Origin: a virus
Taxonomy: Duplodnaviria; Heunggongvirae; Uroviricota; Caudoviricetes
DNA length: 64,000 nucleotides
Virus record (IMG/VR): IMGVR_UViG_3300013307_000015
Strand: one strand, 5' to 3'
Positions 12,201 through 21,419 of this stretch are shown one piece after another. How positions within the stretch are numbered: the first letter of the stretch is position 1; each line of letters begins with the position of its first letter. A model generated the notes under the pieces. That model ran no database searches, had not been told where the DNA came from, and saw only the letters and a list, made by a program, of their open reading frames with translations. The translations under genes and the position numbers were made by a program.

Positions 12201-13500
12201 GCAAAAGGTCTTGCACCGAGCGCGGCAGAAAGCGCATGTAGCCCGGCAGGTCGTCGAAGCTCTGTGCCCAGTTCTTCGCCTTACCCGGCAGGTTAGTCGC
12301 GCCGTACTGAAGCTGGTTACCCAGACGGGTTCCCTTTTGCAGCAACTCTGCCATACGGCCCGTCTTCGGCAGGCGCTTGATGAGAGCCTGCATGGCTTTG
12401 GTGCCGTAGTGCTGGGCAGCCATACCGGACGCACCGCCGAGCAGAATCTCTTCAGGACGCATGCCATCCAGTTGCATGCCGCCCATCATGTTCATCAGTT
12501 CAGCGCCTTCGCTCACGCCTTGGATGCCTTGTTGCGCACCCCACGCGAAGTCTTTCACCCGCTGACCCAGCACCTTACGCAGGTTCTCACCCGTTTGACG
12601 GATGAAGTTGACGCGGTCGCCCACAATGCCTTGACCGAACGACATGGTGGCGTCAGCAAAGCGATTGCGCATCGCTTGCTTGAGACGATCCGATTCCTTC
12701 AACTTCACGTAGTCAGGCAGACCCGTGTTCTTGATGATCTTCTGGAACGCCTCGGTAGTCACCTCGTTCATGCGACGCTGCTCGACGACCATGTCGCGCA
12801 AGGCGTAGTACGAACGGAACTGCAACTCCAGTGACTTGCGATGGTAGCCTGAGGTGATGTTGTTCTGGTAAGCAGCCAGTTGCGAGACTGACAGCCGGAT
12901 CTGATTGAGCTGACCCATGCTGTCTTTGTGACGCACCTGCTCGATGCCTTCACGGATCTTGCTGCGCGAGTCTTCACGCTGCTGTCGCTTGGCTTCAGAG
13001 GTCACGTTAAAGCGCATCACCTCAGCAATCTGCGCTTGCATCATCGCTTCGCGCTGCGCTTCCGGATCTTCGTAGCCTGCACCTGCTTCCAAGCTACGGC
13101 CCCAATTCTTCATCTTGGAGGCCAAACTCTTGGGCAGATACTTGTCGATCGGTTCTTCCATTCGCTGAACGGTGCGCTTCATGTCGTTCAGCAAAGGCTT
13201 CATTTCGCGCGAGGTCTCATCGTATAGACTCCGAAGAGTGCTCGTCGCTTCGTCGGCAATGTCGAGGGCCGACCCGTAGCCCTTCGGCAGCACAGTGCGA
13301 ATTGTGCGCCGAATAAACTCGCTTTCCAGCAAGCCTTGGCTACCGAGTGCGCCCTTCAGCGCAGCTTTGGACAAACCCGTAGCCACCTGACGAGCACTGC
13401 GCTTCGTATCAAAATCACCGAACGAGGAAAAGTCGGGAATATCGAGACTATGGTCGAAACTGAAATCGTTTCCCGACTCAAACTTATTTTTTCCAGCCAT
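6250..13500 (-). CDS. tail tape-measure / tail-associated lytic transglycosylase (phiKZ gp181-like)
   Basis: 2416 aa, long helical G/A-rich body; C-terminal SLT-type domain with AAIESGF, ATGLYQF and YAAHFLG motifs; divergent from vRNAP genes. Confidence 0.88.
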   Translation of the reverse strand: MAGKNKFESGNDFSFDHSLDIPDFSSFGDFDTKRSARQVATGLSKAALKGALGSQGLLESEFIRRTIRTVLPKGYGSALDIADEATSTLRSLYDETSREMKPLLNDMKRTVQRMEEPIDKYLPKSLASKMKNWGRSLEAGAGYEDPEAQREAMMQAQIAEVMRFNVTSEAKRQQREDSRSKIREGIEQVRHKDSMGQLNQIRLSVSQLAAYQNNITSGYHRKSLELQFRSYYALRDMVVEQRRMNEVTTEAFQKIIKNTGLPDYVKLKESDRLKQAMRNRFADATMSFGQGIVGDRVNFIRQTGENLRKVLGQRVKDFAWGAQQGIQGVSEGAELMNMMGGMQLDGMRPEEILLGGASGMAAQHYGTKAMQALIKRLPKTGRMAELLQKGTRLGNQLQYGATNLPGKAKNWAQSFDDLPGYMRFLPRSVQDLLRDAIMMNGGLDRTIQKDRLKDMQGPAIFSRQVAKSITEVIPGYLARIFRELQVMRTGDEGVELTSYDFTSNKFSRTSEVRKRLYNTVINKSNSEQLNRDMEELLNEIDPQKKLSPGARAALRQQLMRDNLHNQSGSAEHYMDPLNHRNNHSFELARHFEDRYSKENDRSYAQRVQFANKHVSLGQGVKLAREEIQDLANAGFLDQLEDLGLVDQYGNIDIEKISDYHLDNKYSPADGAPGSRRASRKRGGAASPNLRGSGIRHTTNHIVNEAPGYAAAYDRSTAGSQDFGAVIEAIKGNNSFSHLDKANETLTRIEEIMKAGLVVWNAGDAGDASMMGPGGPGGPSFWDRSLRQNWMHGKQRARGLGQRALEWWKQPGWGTAQWNNRHQTMGKVKGAFGNVRDTVGGWMDQAKKKWEDMKEVYIEGELKPRLTAWGFKAGMYYDGPVTDAKRKLIKSWKDIKGSVYDEEGNLILDPQQAAQAFVRTTAGKKLLAVKDWVWDKAKAGFQGGLSVYGAARDALRSAVNKGMQHLDAQDVYTKDNLETPKLQAVIMRARGYRSMHRRDKYIMTPADIDGPVVNLSGDQVLTDNDLRTGICDKWGRPLLTGKLRLLQFGKDTMQMAFNKVQNGFNMAKDFLSGKWQGFKNWFHVDGIAFSGGKTIIERLTEIRDLLDSRLPKRRRVVGDIDGDGIREGSYEDQKKKGLAGNVAKGESAADVAREAAAKFKEGGMSIYGALGAVGKALFDFLKRRKGIKDGEGDKGGSSSDAAGYGSLALSALSLIPGGKIFRGLGRGIRGLGGLGRAGLQGVGDVLKAGGAARAAGKSGFVATAEAFKAAKGMKLAQEAEEIMHAAMAAGLPQHEAEALARDALAGGKAAEKIGLGAKVRKGLLSGLKGAWTGAGKLYNLNRAGNAATWGMAKSGLGLAGRGLGAGLRLGGRGLWEAGKLGVTRGLPWMARDIGTNLGRIGSFAGRGALGLAKMGGGLGLGLGLDVAEHYANKSGHKTLGKYLGYAGTAATGIGLASTAASLMGISGGALGLAGAIGTGLVGLVGAPVLIGGAILGAAGYGLYKGIKYLNRKKLTDLSKLRYIQYGFSPKDEGHQDAIWKLEDMLEPLVTFRLGKPVLGTKGLKDEDLLEPFGVDKDNKGQMQKFVQWFTLRFKPVFMVHMAALHKVKEDMKSLKDAEGLKAGQKKAYLQVASWPGGPYKYMEAPFPDMDGLETSDSDVAEYAKTLMAKVDEEVQKAPEAEKNPNQQKPKTVKDIAAAATVAQGLGRKEPQSNWQSIKDLAGTDVGSQAGTSAAGAIVTMKGNFDASHLSVGSTLDGVSTIRFKTYGLKDMNIEKVKTLLVLENNVLKDVDINAKYVATYKGDFQKTFAEQAPAFGVSGPASTEAYNWISWFKMRFLPTYLNYLTAVCGAARKNDPRAAFLTLKPDQMLDVAAAIRTAHGQGGSVWSVAQMPWPQYQANTDVSSTDENLAGLQEKATKTKLDEIKGVPGAGDTESKKGGSGAAAQGGAAGWFASKWKSLTTDEKGNKNWLGKASDTVSNFFGGGGSSYQGSGSPVDATTQGTGGSLNNLPDPKGDGSFAAMKDLIYAASKMVGVDPQLMSVMAAIESGFRATVKAGTSSATGLYQFITDTWNETVKKYGGKYGITPGTPRTNPKANALMGAEFTKANISTLRQGLGRMPTPGEVYAAHFLGAGTAVKLLKGDKSTIAAQLLPAQAKANPNIFYEGSRPRTVGEVVAYLNNLVMTKGKQFGVGQAGGEKLTASDAGSTAGKSPVALTPEAKAAQAAVEANKTNKQGGDRFGPVPQSSSPTSSGTGAPMGFGGSSGPAPTDTGTGNQPPVTVFNALGGQGKPGSMNKVPVQPSGAPQDPFAVPAMGPAAAMGTGFSPTATRSATDLLATQRNQAVANPAALPDGGIAQQHLDVSKQILAQMQLLVKYAAQQASQVGQVSDAQDAAAKAQANVPQPMKRAPISVAKPNFS

Positions 13501-13567
13501 AACTGTGGCTCCGCAATATTGCTAGGGTCGATGACCCTGCTCATAAGTTTTCGATTGAAAAGGAAGA

Positions 13568-15205
13568 ATGGTCATGGCGGCTCCGCTCAGTATTCCGTTC
13601 AACCTGACCTTGCTTCAGCTGACACCCGCTAAACTCCAGCTGATGCGACCGGTCACGGTACTGGCCAGTTTCGAAGGAACTGGATCCAACTTCGACCCGA
13701 ATGGTCTTTTTAGCACGGAGATCTTTGGTCGTGTGGGGGACGAATTGCGCTCGCGTCGTTTTTCCTACATCGACATTCGCGTGTCGATTTTCCACCCGAT
13801 CATCTATCGTGCGTTGGTGGATTTGAAACAGCTTTACGCTGGGATTCTCTCTGGTTCTGAATATGCCGTTTTCAGCGAAGAGGAAGGCGACTTCGTTCGC
13901 TCCGATACGGTCAACGGCAAGACCGGCTACCAGTTCTTCGTGTCGAACTGGAAACGGATTCGGTTTGATGAGACCAAATCGGTTTCGCGTGAACACAACA
14001 TCAAACTGGTGACGAAGTTTCGTGACCAGTGCATGCTTGACCATGTGGTGGTGTTGCCCGCCGGTTTGCGCGACATGGAGATCTTGGCAGATGGTCGGCC
14101 GCAAGAAGACGAGGTGAACTCGCTCTACCGCAAGCTGCTGATGATCTCCAACACGATTTCGGATGCGTCGATCACGCACAACCCGGAAGTCATCAACAAC
14201 ACGCGCTTCAACCTCCAGAAGACGTTCAATCAGATTTACCAGACCTACGAGGACATGATCTCGGGTCGTCGTAAGCTGATTCAGAACCGTTGGACGGCAC
14301 GCCGTATCTTCAACGGTACGCGAAACGTGATTACAGCTGCGGACACCTCAGTCGAGTATCTGGGTGCACCCGGCGGGATGAGCTTCAACGACACGGGTAT
14401 CGGGTTGTATCAGACGCTCAAGGCGTTGTTGCCGATCGCCAAGCATCTGATCCGAAATGGCTTTCTGTCGAAGGTGTTCATCGCTGTCGACCAACCGGCA
14501 CAACTCGTCGACAAGAAGACGCTGAAGAAAACCCCGGTCAGCCTGAAGCCTTACATCTACGACCGCTGGATGACGGATGAAGGGATCGAGAAAGTGATCA
14601 CGGCGTTTGCACACGAAGACAGCCGTCACAAGGTCATGGAGATCGACGATCACTACCTCGGCCTGATTTACAAGGGACCGGACGGTACATTCCGACTCTT
14701 GCAGGACATCGACGAAGTACCGGAAGGGCGCAACAAGAAGGACGTCTTCCCGATTACGTTCTGCGAGCTGTTGTACTGCTCGACGTACAACGACCTGAAT
14801 AAGTACCCGCTTTACGTGACGCGCTACCCGGTCACCGGGATGGGGTCGATCTATCCGTCGAAGATCTTCTGCCGCACCACGATCAAGTACGAAAAACGCA
14901 AGGAACTCGCACCGACATGGGATCCGATGGATGACAGCCACACCGCGTATCAATTTCCGGTACGGGGTTCGGCTTTTGTCAATTCGCTGATTCCGCACTC
15001 TTCGAAGCTCGCGCGCCTAGGCGCTGACTTCGACGGCGATACCTGCTCGGGCAATGCTGTCTATACGCAAGAAGCTGTGCAGGAAGTCAACAACTTCTTG
15101 CAGACGACGCGTGCCTATGTAGATACCGATGGCCGCTTCATGGCGTCGACTGATATCGACACCGTGCAGTTGGTCTTGCACAACCTCACTGGGGTTAAAG
15201 AATGA
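13568..15205 (+). CDS. virion RNA polymerase beta-prime-like catalytic subunit (phiKZ gp180-like)
   Basis: GLFSTEIFG, VVLPAGLRD, RNVIT, TRYP and catalytic ADFDGD motifs. Confidence 0.93.
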   Translation: MVMAAPLSIPFNLTLLQLTPAKLQLMRPVTVLASFEGTGSNFDPNGLFSTEIFGRVGDELRSRRFSYIDIRVSIFHPIIYRALVDLKQLYAGILSGSEYAVFSEEEGDFVRSDTVNGKTGYQFFVSNWKRIRFDETKSVSREHNIKLVTKFRDQCMLDHVVVLPAGLRDMEILADGRPQEDEVNSLYRKLLMISNTISDASITHNPEVINNTRFNLQKTFNQIYQTYEDMISGRRKLIQNRWTARRIFNGTRNVITAADTSVEYLGAPGGMSFNDTGIGLYQTLKALLPIAKHLIRNGFLSKVFIAVDQPAQLVDKKTLKKTPVSLKPYIYDRWMTDEGIEKVITAFAHEDSRHKVMEIDDHYLGLIYKGPDGTFRLLQDIDEVPEGRNKKDVFPITFCELLYCSTYNDLNKYPLYVTRYPVTGMGSIYPSKIFCRTTIKYEKRKELAPTWDPMDDSHTAYQFPVRGSAFVNSLIPHSSKLARLGADFDGDTCSGNAVYTQEAVQEVNNFLQTTRAYVDTDGRFMASTDIDTVQLVLHNLTGVKE

Positions 15206-18200
15206 TCTTTTACGACCTCTTTTTTCGCAAGTACGGCATTCGACGCATCGACAAGTTGCTCTCTCCAGTCATGCCGTCGACGCGCCTGCTTGAGCTGCCG
15301 CTGTCTTCGATTTACCACTATCTGGGATCGAACAGCGGCGTAGACGTCGCCCCAGCTGCCAACGAGTACCTGTTCCGCAATGTGACACGGCAGATCGCCA
15401 TGGAACACGTGCTGGAGCCGGGGGCTAAGCTGGGCATGCCGCAACGGTTGGGTTCGGTCAATGTGCCGCAGATGGTGAAGACTTACCATACGCGACATCG
15501 CCGCTACCAACTGGTGCACAGCATCGCCAACTACGAGAATGCACCGCAAACGCTCGTGGTGGAAAACTACGGCTTTATCTCGTTGCGTCTGAAGTACCAG
15601 CGTCAGATCCTGACGTCGTATTACCAATGGTACAACCAGAACGCAGCGCTCTGGGATCGGATGGCCATGCTGGCGGCTACCTCGGCCCGTCAACAATTTG
15701 TCAAGTTCGCTTTGCCCACGACCCTGCCTTCGATGACAGATCTGCGCACGTATCAGGCGAAGATGAATGCGACAGCGATCCACCACATCTACGAACCCGA
15801 ATCATTCCTGATTCTGGAGTTCTGGAAGTGGCTGGGGGACTTGCGTCATGAGTCACTGCTCTCTCGCATCCCGAAAGACAAGCTCTCGAAGATCAACATC
15901 ATCTTCGAAGAGTCGGGTCGTTGGGTGCTGCTGAACCTGGGTCTCATCGACAGCTGGCGCAACACGCCCAAGGAAGAAATTCCTAGCCTGCCTGAAGGGG
16001 TGCTTCCCAACAAGGCCGGCGTCGAAGGTCCGCAGTTGCAACGACGTTTCCTCTCGATGATGATGACGCTTTTCCAAGCGCGCTCAGTCGACGGCAAAGT
16101 CATGGTTGCAGGGGGAGTCGATGCAAAAAAATCGGAGGGTGGTGAGGAAGCAACGCTCACGAAGCCGGAGGCCACACTGCCCGAAGTCAATCCGGTTACC
16201 GGCAGTGTTACGACCAAGACGGATGACGCACAGATTGAAGCGAATCCGGAGGACATTCTCAATGCCGATACGCACGACGAGAAGCCGGTTGCCGTTGAAT
16301 TGACGCCTGATCAAGAACGTCATCTCGAAGCTGATCTGTTGGAGCTGGATCGCATCAGCAAAGCAGTTGCGCAACGGCGCAAAGAGATGATGGAGTTCAT
16401 GGTCGAGCAGGATGAAGCGCCGCAAGCGGAGCTGCGTGGTTTGCATGCCGGATCGATTCCTACGCCACTGCGCAAGACGCTTACGCCGCCGAAGAAACAA
16501 CCGGAACTCAAACCGATTGATCCTCAGCCGGAGGTGCAACATGCCGCAGTGGATCACACCCGTGGTGTGCAAAAAGTCATCGACCGATTGGCTGAGCAGG
16601 GTATGCTCTCAGCCGCTGAAGTCAACCGCTACCAGCAACTCGCCAAACGCCACGAAGTCATCGACGCTCCCGACGGAAAAGGATCGCTTAAAGACTTTGT
16701 GGTGGTAAAGCCCGAGGACACGCAAGTCCAAGCGCACGCGATTCCGGACAAGCCGACCATCCTCGATAAGACGATGCTGCATTCGACGCTGCATTCGTTC
16801 GATGCGAAGTACGTGGGTGACGTCATGCAAAAGGACGTCGCAGCGATGGTGCTCAAGATTCAGGATGCGGGGTACTGCGTCACGGATTACGAAGTCGAGC
16901 ACGTCGAGCAGATCACGGGCAACTTCGATATGTACACCTGCCGGGTGACACCGATCGAAGGCTCGCCCTCCACGTTGCGCTGGAAGCTGCCCTCCATTCG
17001 ACCGGATGGCGTGTTCGTAGCGAACAACGTGCCGTATCGGCTGCGCAAGCAGCGCGGGGATCTGCCGATTCGCAAAGTCTCGCCGAGCCGTGTCAAGCTC
17101 ACGTCTTACTACGGGAAAGTGTTTGTCTCCCGTAGCGAGAAGAAGGTGGACGATTACGGTGACTGGTTGCGGCGCAACATCATGGCAGCCGGACTGGATT
17201 CGGATAACCACCACGTCACAGATCTGCAACCTGCCAACGTATTTGACAATGCGTTTATCTGTCCGCGCGAGTATTCGATTTGCGCGATGGGTTTTCGCAG
17301 CTTCACGGTCACCCCTGGTGCGTGGCCGGAGCGTGTGAAGTTCAGTGCGTTGCATTTGAACTTTGACCACACCCGCCGGGAGGCGCTGTTTGGTAAAGAC
17401 ATGCTTGCAAAGTACGAAAAAGCGGGTGCCATCATGATCGGTCTGACTAACAAGAAAGATCCGATTATCATGACCAAGGACGGCGGGATTTCCGTGGTAG
17501 CGGAAGGCTTGATGATCCAGCTGCCGGAGATTGCGGAGCTGTGCGGGTTTCCGCTCGCTAAAGCACCGTCGGACTACATCGAAGTCAAGGTGTTCAGTCA
17601 GTCGATTCCGCTCGGGGTGATTCTGGCCTACGAGATGGGGCTGGGTGCATTGATCCAGATGCTGGGGGTAGAACCTCGTCGTGTGCCGGCTGGCAAACGG
17701 GTCAATCTGGAGCCGTCGGAGTACGCGCTTCAGTTCGCTGATGAAACGCTCGTGTTTCGTCGCAAGGACAAACTGGCAGGGCTCGTACTGTCAGGCTTCA
17801 ATGCGTTCTGGAAGGCGCTTAAGCAGTACAGCGTCTACGAGTTCGATCGGCGTGGTGTCTATCTGAATGTGCTGGAGTCGGCAGGCATTGGCTCGAAGTA
17901 CCTGCGTGAAATCGATCTGCTGTACCAACTGTGGGTCGATCCAATTACGCGCGAGCTGCTGCAAGAGTTCCATGAACCGACGGAATTCCAAGCCATTCTG
18001 ATGCGTGCTGCGGAGCTGCTCTTGAGTGACCAGCATCCGCGTGAGTTGGATACCTCGTATCAGCGTTTTAAGGGATACGAGCGTATGGCGGGAGCCGTGT
18101 ACGCCGAATTGATCGCCTCGATTCGTGCGCACAACAGCAAGCCCGGTAAGAGCAAGCAACCGCTCGATCTGAATCCTTTCGATGTCTGGAAGGCGATTTC

Positions 18201-19677
18201 CGAAGACCCGTCCAAACAACAGGTCAAGGACATCAATCCGATCGAGAACCTCAAGCAGCAAGAGGCAGTCACTTACTCGGGTACGGGCGGACGTAACTCC
18301 CGTTCGATGACGAAGGACACGCGTGCCTATGACGAGAACGACATGGGTGTGGTCTCGGAGTCGACGGTGGACTCGTCCGATGTGGCGGTGAACACTTACA
18401 CGAGTGCGAACCCGCAATTCGTTTCCCTTCGAGGAGTGACCAAGCGCTATGAAATCGGAAAAACTGGCGCAACGTCTTTGCTCTCCACCTCGGCCCTCCT
18501 GTCCGTCGCAGCCGACAAAGACGATCCCAAGCGAGTCAACTTCATCGCCATCCAACACGGACACGGCGTCGCCTGTGCAGGCTACCACGCCAACGCCGTT
18601 CGCACGGGCTATGAACAAGTCATTGCGCATCGCACAAGTGACCTCTTTGCGACTACGGCGAAAAAGCCTGGGAAGGTAATCTCGCTAAATGAAACAGGTC
18701 TCGTTGTGGAATACGAGGACGGTACCAAACAAGGTATTGAACTCGGACGGCGTTTCGGTTCTGCCGAAGGGGCGACGATTCCGCACGAAGTGCGCGCTGC
18801 GGTGAAGCTCGATCAGAAGTTCAAGGTCGGCGACATCCTCGCGTACAACGAAGGCTTCTTTGAACCGGATGTACTGGATTCAACCCAGATGGTCTGGAAG
18901 CCCGGTGTCGCGACGCGCGTGGCACTGATGGAGTCACCGCTCACGCTTGAAGACTCTTCTGCGATCAGTCGTAAGACCGCAGAATTGCTGCGCACCAAAA
19001 CGACGAAGATCCGTGAGATCATCGTTGACTTCAAGCAAGAGATTCGTCAACTGGTCAAGTCCGGTCAAGCGGTATCCTCCGAGGATATTTTATGCGTGAT
19101 CGAAGACGAAACCACGGCACGTAACGAACTCTTTGACAAAGAGTCGATTGACACGCTTCGCGTGCTGTCGGCTCAGACCCCTCAGGCGAAAGCCACTGGC
19201 ATCGTGGAACGAATCGAAGTGTTCTACCACGGTGAGAAAGAGGACATGTCGGAATCGCTTCGTGCATTGGCGAATGCTTCGGATCGGGAATTTGCCGCCC
19301 GTCATCGTTCTGTAGGTCGTACTGTCCTCAGCGGACAGGTCGACGACAGCTACCGTAGTGAAGGCGATAGTCTGATGCTTGACACTCTTGCAATCAAGGT
19401 CTACATCACCTCGGACGTGTCCGCTGGTGTGGGTGACAAGGGGGTGTTTGGTAATCAGATGAAGACCGTGTTCGGCAATGTGATCGAACAGGATGTAACC
19501 ACGGAGTCGGGTCTGGAGATCGGCGCTATCTTTGGCGCTAAGAGTATTCAGGCTCGTATCGTGCACTCGCCCGATCAAATCGGAACGACGACGACGCTGC
19601 TGCATGTACTCGGGCAGCGGGTGGTGCGTGCCTACAAGGGACAGCCGCAACCGAAACCGCTTAAAGCGAAAGAGTGA
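15202..19677 (+). CDS. virion RNA polymerase beta-like subunit (phiKZ gp178-like)
   Basis: 1491 aa; DDPKRVNF, RTGYE, EDSSAIS and GDKGVFGNQMKTV match beta-subunit conserved regions; ATGA overlap with upstream subunit. Confidence 0.92.
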   Translation: MIFYDLFFRKYGIRRIDKLLSPVMPSTRLLELPLSSIYHYLGSNSGVDVAPAANEYLFRNVTRQIAMEHVLEPGAKLGMPQRLGSVNVPQMVKTYHTRHRRYQLVHSIANYENAPQTLVVENYGFISLRLKYQRQILTSYYQWYNQNAALWDRMAMLAATSARQQFVKFALPTTLPSMTDLRTYQAKMNATAIHHIYEPESFLILEFWKWLGDLRHESLLSRIPKDKLSKINIIFEESGRWVLLNLGLIDSWRNTPKEEIPSLPEGVLPNKAGVEGPQLQRRFLSMMMTLFQARSVDGKVMVAGGVDAKKSEGGEEATLTKPEATLPEVNPVTGSVTTKTDDAQIEANPEDILNADTHDEKPVAVELTPDQERHLEADLLELDRISKAVAQRRKEMMEFMVEQDEAPQAELRGLHAGSIPTPLRKTLTPPKKQPELKPIDPQPEVQHAAVDHTRGVQKVIDRLAEQGMLSAAEVNRYQQLAKRHEVIDAPDGKGSLKDFVVVKPEDTQVQAHAIPDKPTILDKTMLHSTLHSFDAKYVGDVMQKDVAAMVLKIQDAGYCVTDYEVEHVEQITGNFDMYTCRVTPIEGSPSTLRWKLPSIRPDGVFVANNVPYRLRKQRGDLPIRKVSPSRVKLTSYYGKVFVSRSEKKVDDYGDWLRRNIMAAGLDSDNHHVTDLQPANVFDNAFICPREYSICAMGFRSFTVTPGAWPERVKFSALHLNFDHTRREALFGKDMLAKYEKAGAIMIGLTNKKDPIIMTKDGGISVVAEGLMIQLPEIAELCGFPLAKAPSDYIEVKVFSQSIPLGVILAYEMGLGALIQMLGVEPRRVPAGKRVNLEPSEYALQFADETLVFRRKDKLAGLVLSGFNAFWKALKQYSVYEFDRRGVYLNVLESAGIGSKYLREIDLLYQLWVDPITRELLQEFHEPTEFQAILMRAAELLLSDQHPRELDTSYQRFKGYERMAGAVYAELIASIRAHNSKPGKSKQPLDLNPFDVWKAISEDPSKQQVKDINPIENLKQQEAVTYSGTGGRNSRSMTKDTRAYDENDMGVVSESTVDSSDVAVNTYTSANPQFVSLRGVTKRYEIGKTGATSLLSTSALLSVAADKDDPKRVNFIAIQHGHGVACAGYHANAVRTGYEQVIAHRTSDLFATTAKKPGKVISLNETGLVVEYEDGTKQGIELGRRFGSAEGATIPHEVRAAVKLDQKFKVGDILAYNEGFFEPDVLDSTQMVWKPGVATRVALMESPLTLEDSSAISRKTAELLRTKTTKIREIIVDFKQEIRQLVKSGQAVSSEDILCVIEDETTARNELFDKESIDTLRVLSAQTPQAKATGIVERIEVFYHGEKEDMSESLRALANASDREFAARHRSVGRTVLSGQVDDSYRSEGDSLMLDTLAIKVYITSDVSAGVGDKGVFGNQMKTVFGNVIEQDVTTESGLEIGAIFGAKSIQARIVHSPDQIGTTTTLLHVLGQRVVRAYKGQPQPKPLKAKE

Positions 19678-19757
19678 CCATTAGGGGTGCCGGGGAATCC
19701 TGTAAGGGGGTTCCTCGCATCCCTTATTTTTTATCATCATGCACAACGGGATCTTCC

Positions 19758-19952
19758 ATGAAAAACCGTGAAACCGAACGGACCGTGGTGACCTTGGGTA
19801 ACGGGGTCGACCTCGTCGCTCAGATTGCCAAGAAGGTTGTCGGCGAAGAAGTGGCGGACATGTACGACGGCGCACCGCTCTCCAACGAGGTCATGCATCG
19901 TCTGGCGACCGTCAAATTCAAGAGCCATCTGGCCGACCACGTGGAGAACTAA
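19758..19952 (+). CDS. small hypothetical protein
   Basis: 64-aa ORF (MKNRETE...) with biased codons, in operon position. Confidence 0.6.
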   Translation: MKNRETERTVVTLGNGVDLVAQIAKKVVGEEVADMYDGAPLSNEVMHRLATVKFKSHLADHVEN

Positions 19953-19955
19953 GAT

Positions 19956-21407
19956 ATGCTCAGCGTAAATTGCCTCGAAGCAGTCCTGCCGCTCGCTGAG
20001 CTGATGGACCGCAACAATCTGATGGTGACGCCCGTCGAGGGCACGCCGTTGGATGCGCTGGTGAAAGCCACGCGCACCACGCCGCAATTCGCTCAGCCGC
20101 TCGACGGCAAGCAAGGCGAATACGTCGTGATGACGCACGACATCGCCTACATGGCGAACAAGGTCAACGATGCGACGGGCGTGTGCGAGCACAACGTCGC
20201 GCAAGACGCACTCGTCGAGATGGCAGCGACGGCGGTGAAGAATCACCTCGTGGTGCTGCGCACGGCGATCAAGCCCGCTATCGTGGAGCTGCATGACGCT
20301 GTGGCCAAAACCATGAGCGACACGCCCACTTCCAAGCTGATCGGCATGGAAGTGAAAGTCTTCGATCTGCCGGCTCCGATGAAAGTGGCTGCAATCGAGG
20401 GTCTCATCTCGAAGTGGGAAGGCGTACCTTACGCTTCGCCTGCTCTGCGGATGAAGTGCCCGGACGTGACCATGGACCAGATCCGTGACCTGATGAAAAC
20501 GGGTGCGGGTGGTTTCGATGGCGAGATCGACAAGTGGATCGCCGTGAAGGGCGACAGCTGGTTCCTCCAGCTCTGGGAAGACGTGTTCCAGACCAAGAAC
20601 GATCGCTTCGAGAAGTTCAACCAAGCGGTGGAATGCCGCGAAGAAGGACTGGATCGCTCGCTCGCCGTTTTCCTGATCGCACGCAAGCTCGCTGAAGATC
20701 CGATCGAAGGCATCAACATGAGCCTGCCGGCGCTGAAGGCACTCGCTGGTGAATTCCGTGATCAAGCGGCTTCGCGTATTCAGCGCGGTCTGGACGAGTG
20801 GGCCAAGGTGCTGCAACGCAAGCAGCTGGTGCGTTCGTCGGACGAGTACTGCGTCGTGGTCAACGGCAACGTCTATCGTCCGTGGATCATGGACAAGGGT
20901 GGCGAGATCGACATCCTGCTGGGCAACCTCGTGACCAAGTCCGGCTACACGACCGAAGAGCAGTTCGTGCAGAACGCCGAAACGCTGAAAGCGGCATGGA
21001 CGCGCTTGCTCACGCGCACGAGTGCTGCTGACCGTACCGAGCGTTTCACGCTGCTCAAGCAGATCCTGAACAGCGAGTTCCGCAAGTCGATCAACGACCT
21101 GAAGGGCGACGTCGACGGTCCGGACGCTTCGGCAGCTGAACGCGCGGAAGTGTTGAAGCGCTTCGCGCAACTGGTTGCAGCACTGCGTCCGTCGGATTGC
21201 ACCGATCTGTACGTGCTGTGCACGAAGCTCGTGTGCCGTGCACGCTTTTACAAGGTGCCGGAAGCAGAAGAGTTCTTCTTGCAGATGATGCAAATCGAGA
21301 AGGACGAACCCGGCATCAGTCCGCGCGATGCGTCGACGATTGCAACCATCGACTACATCGCCTGCTGGGTTGCCGAGCAGTTCAAGGTGATTCGCGCACG
21401 CAATTAA
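19956..21407 (+). CDS. virion (head/ejection) protein, phiKZ gp177-like by position
   Basis: 483-aa ORF with strong codon bias; synteny between vRNAP and protease genes. Confidence 0.65.
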   Translation: MLSVNCLEAVLPLAELMDRNNLMVTPVEGTPLDALVKATRTTPQFAQPLDGKQGEYVVMTHDIAYMANKVNDATGVCEHNVAQDALVEMAATAVKNHLVVLRTAIKPAIVELHDAVAKTMSDTPTSKLIGMEVKVFDLPAPMKVAAIEGLISKWEGVPYASPALRMKCPDVTMDQIRDLMKTGAGGFDGEIDKWIAVKGDSWFLQLWEDVFQTKNDRFEKFNQAVECREEGLDRSLAVFLIARKLAEDPIEGINMSLPALKALAGEFRDQAASRIQRGLDEWAKVLQRKQLVRSSDEYCVVVNGNVYRPWIMDKGGEIDILLGNLVTKSGYTTEEQFVQNAETLKAAWTRLLTRTSAADRTERFTLLKQILNSEFRKSINDLKGDVDGPDASAAERAEVLKRFAQLVAALRPSDCTDLYVLCTKLVCRARFYKVPEAEEFFLQMMQIEKDEPGISPRDASTIATIDYIACWVAEQFKVIRARN

Positions 21408-21419
21408 CCCGGAGGCGTT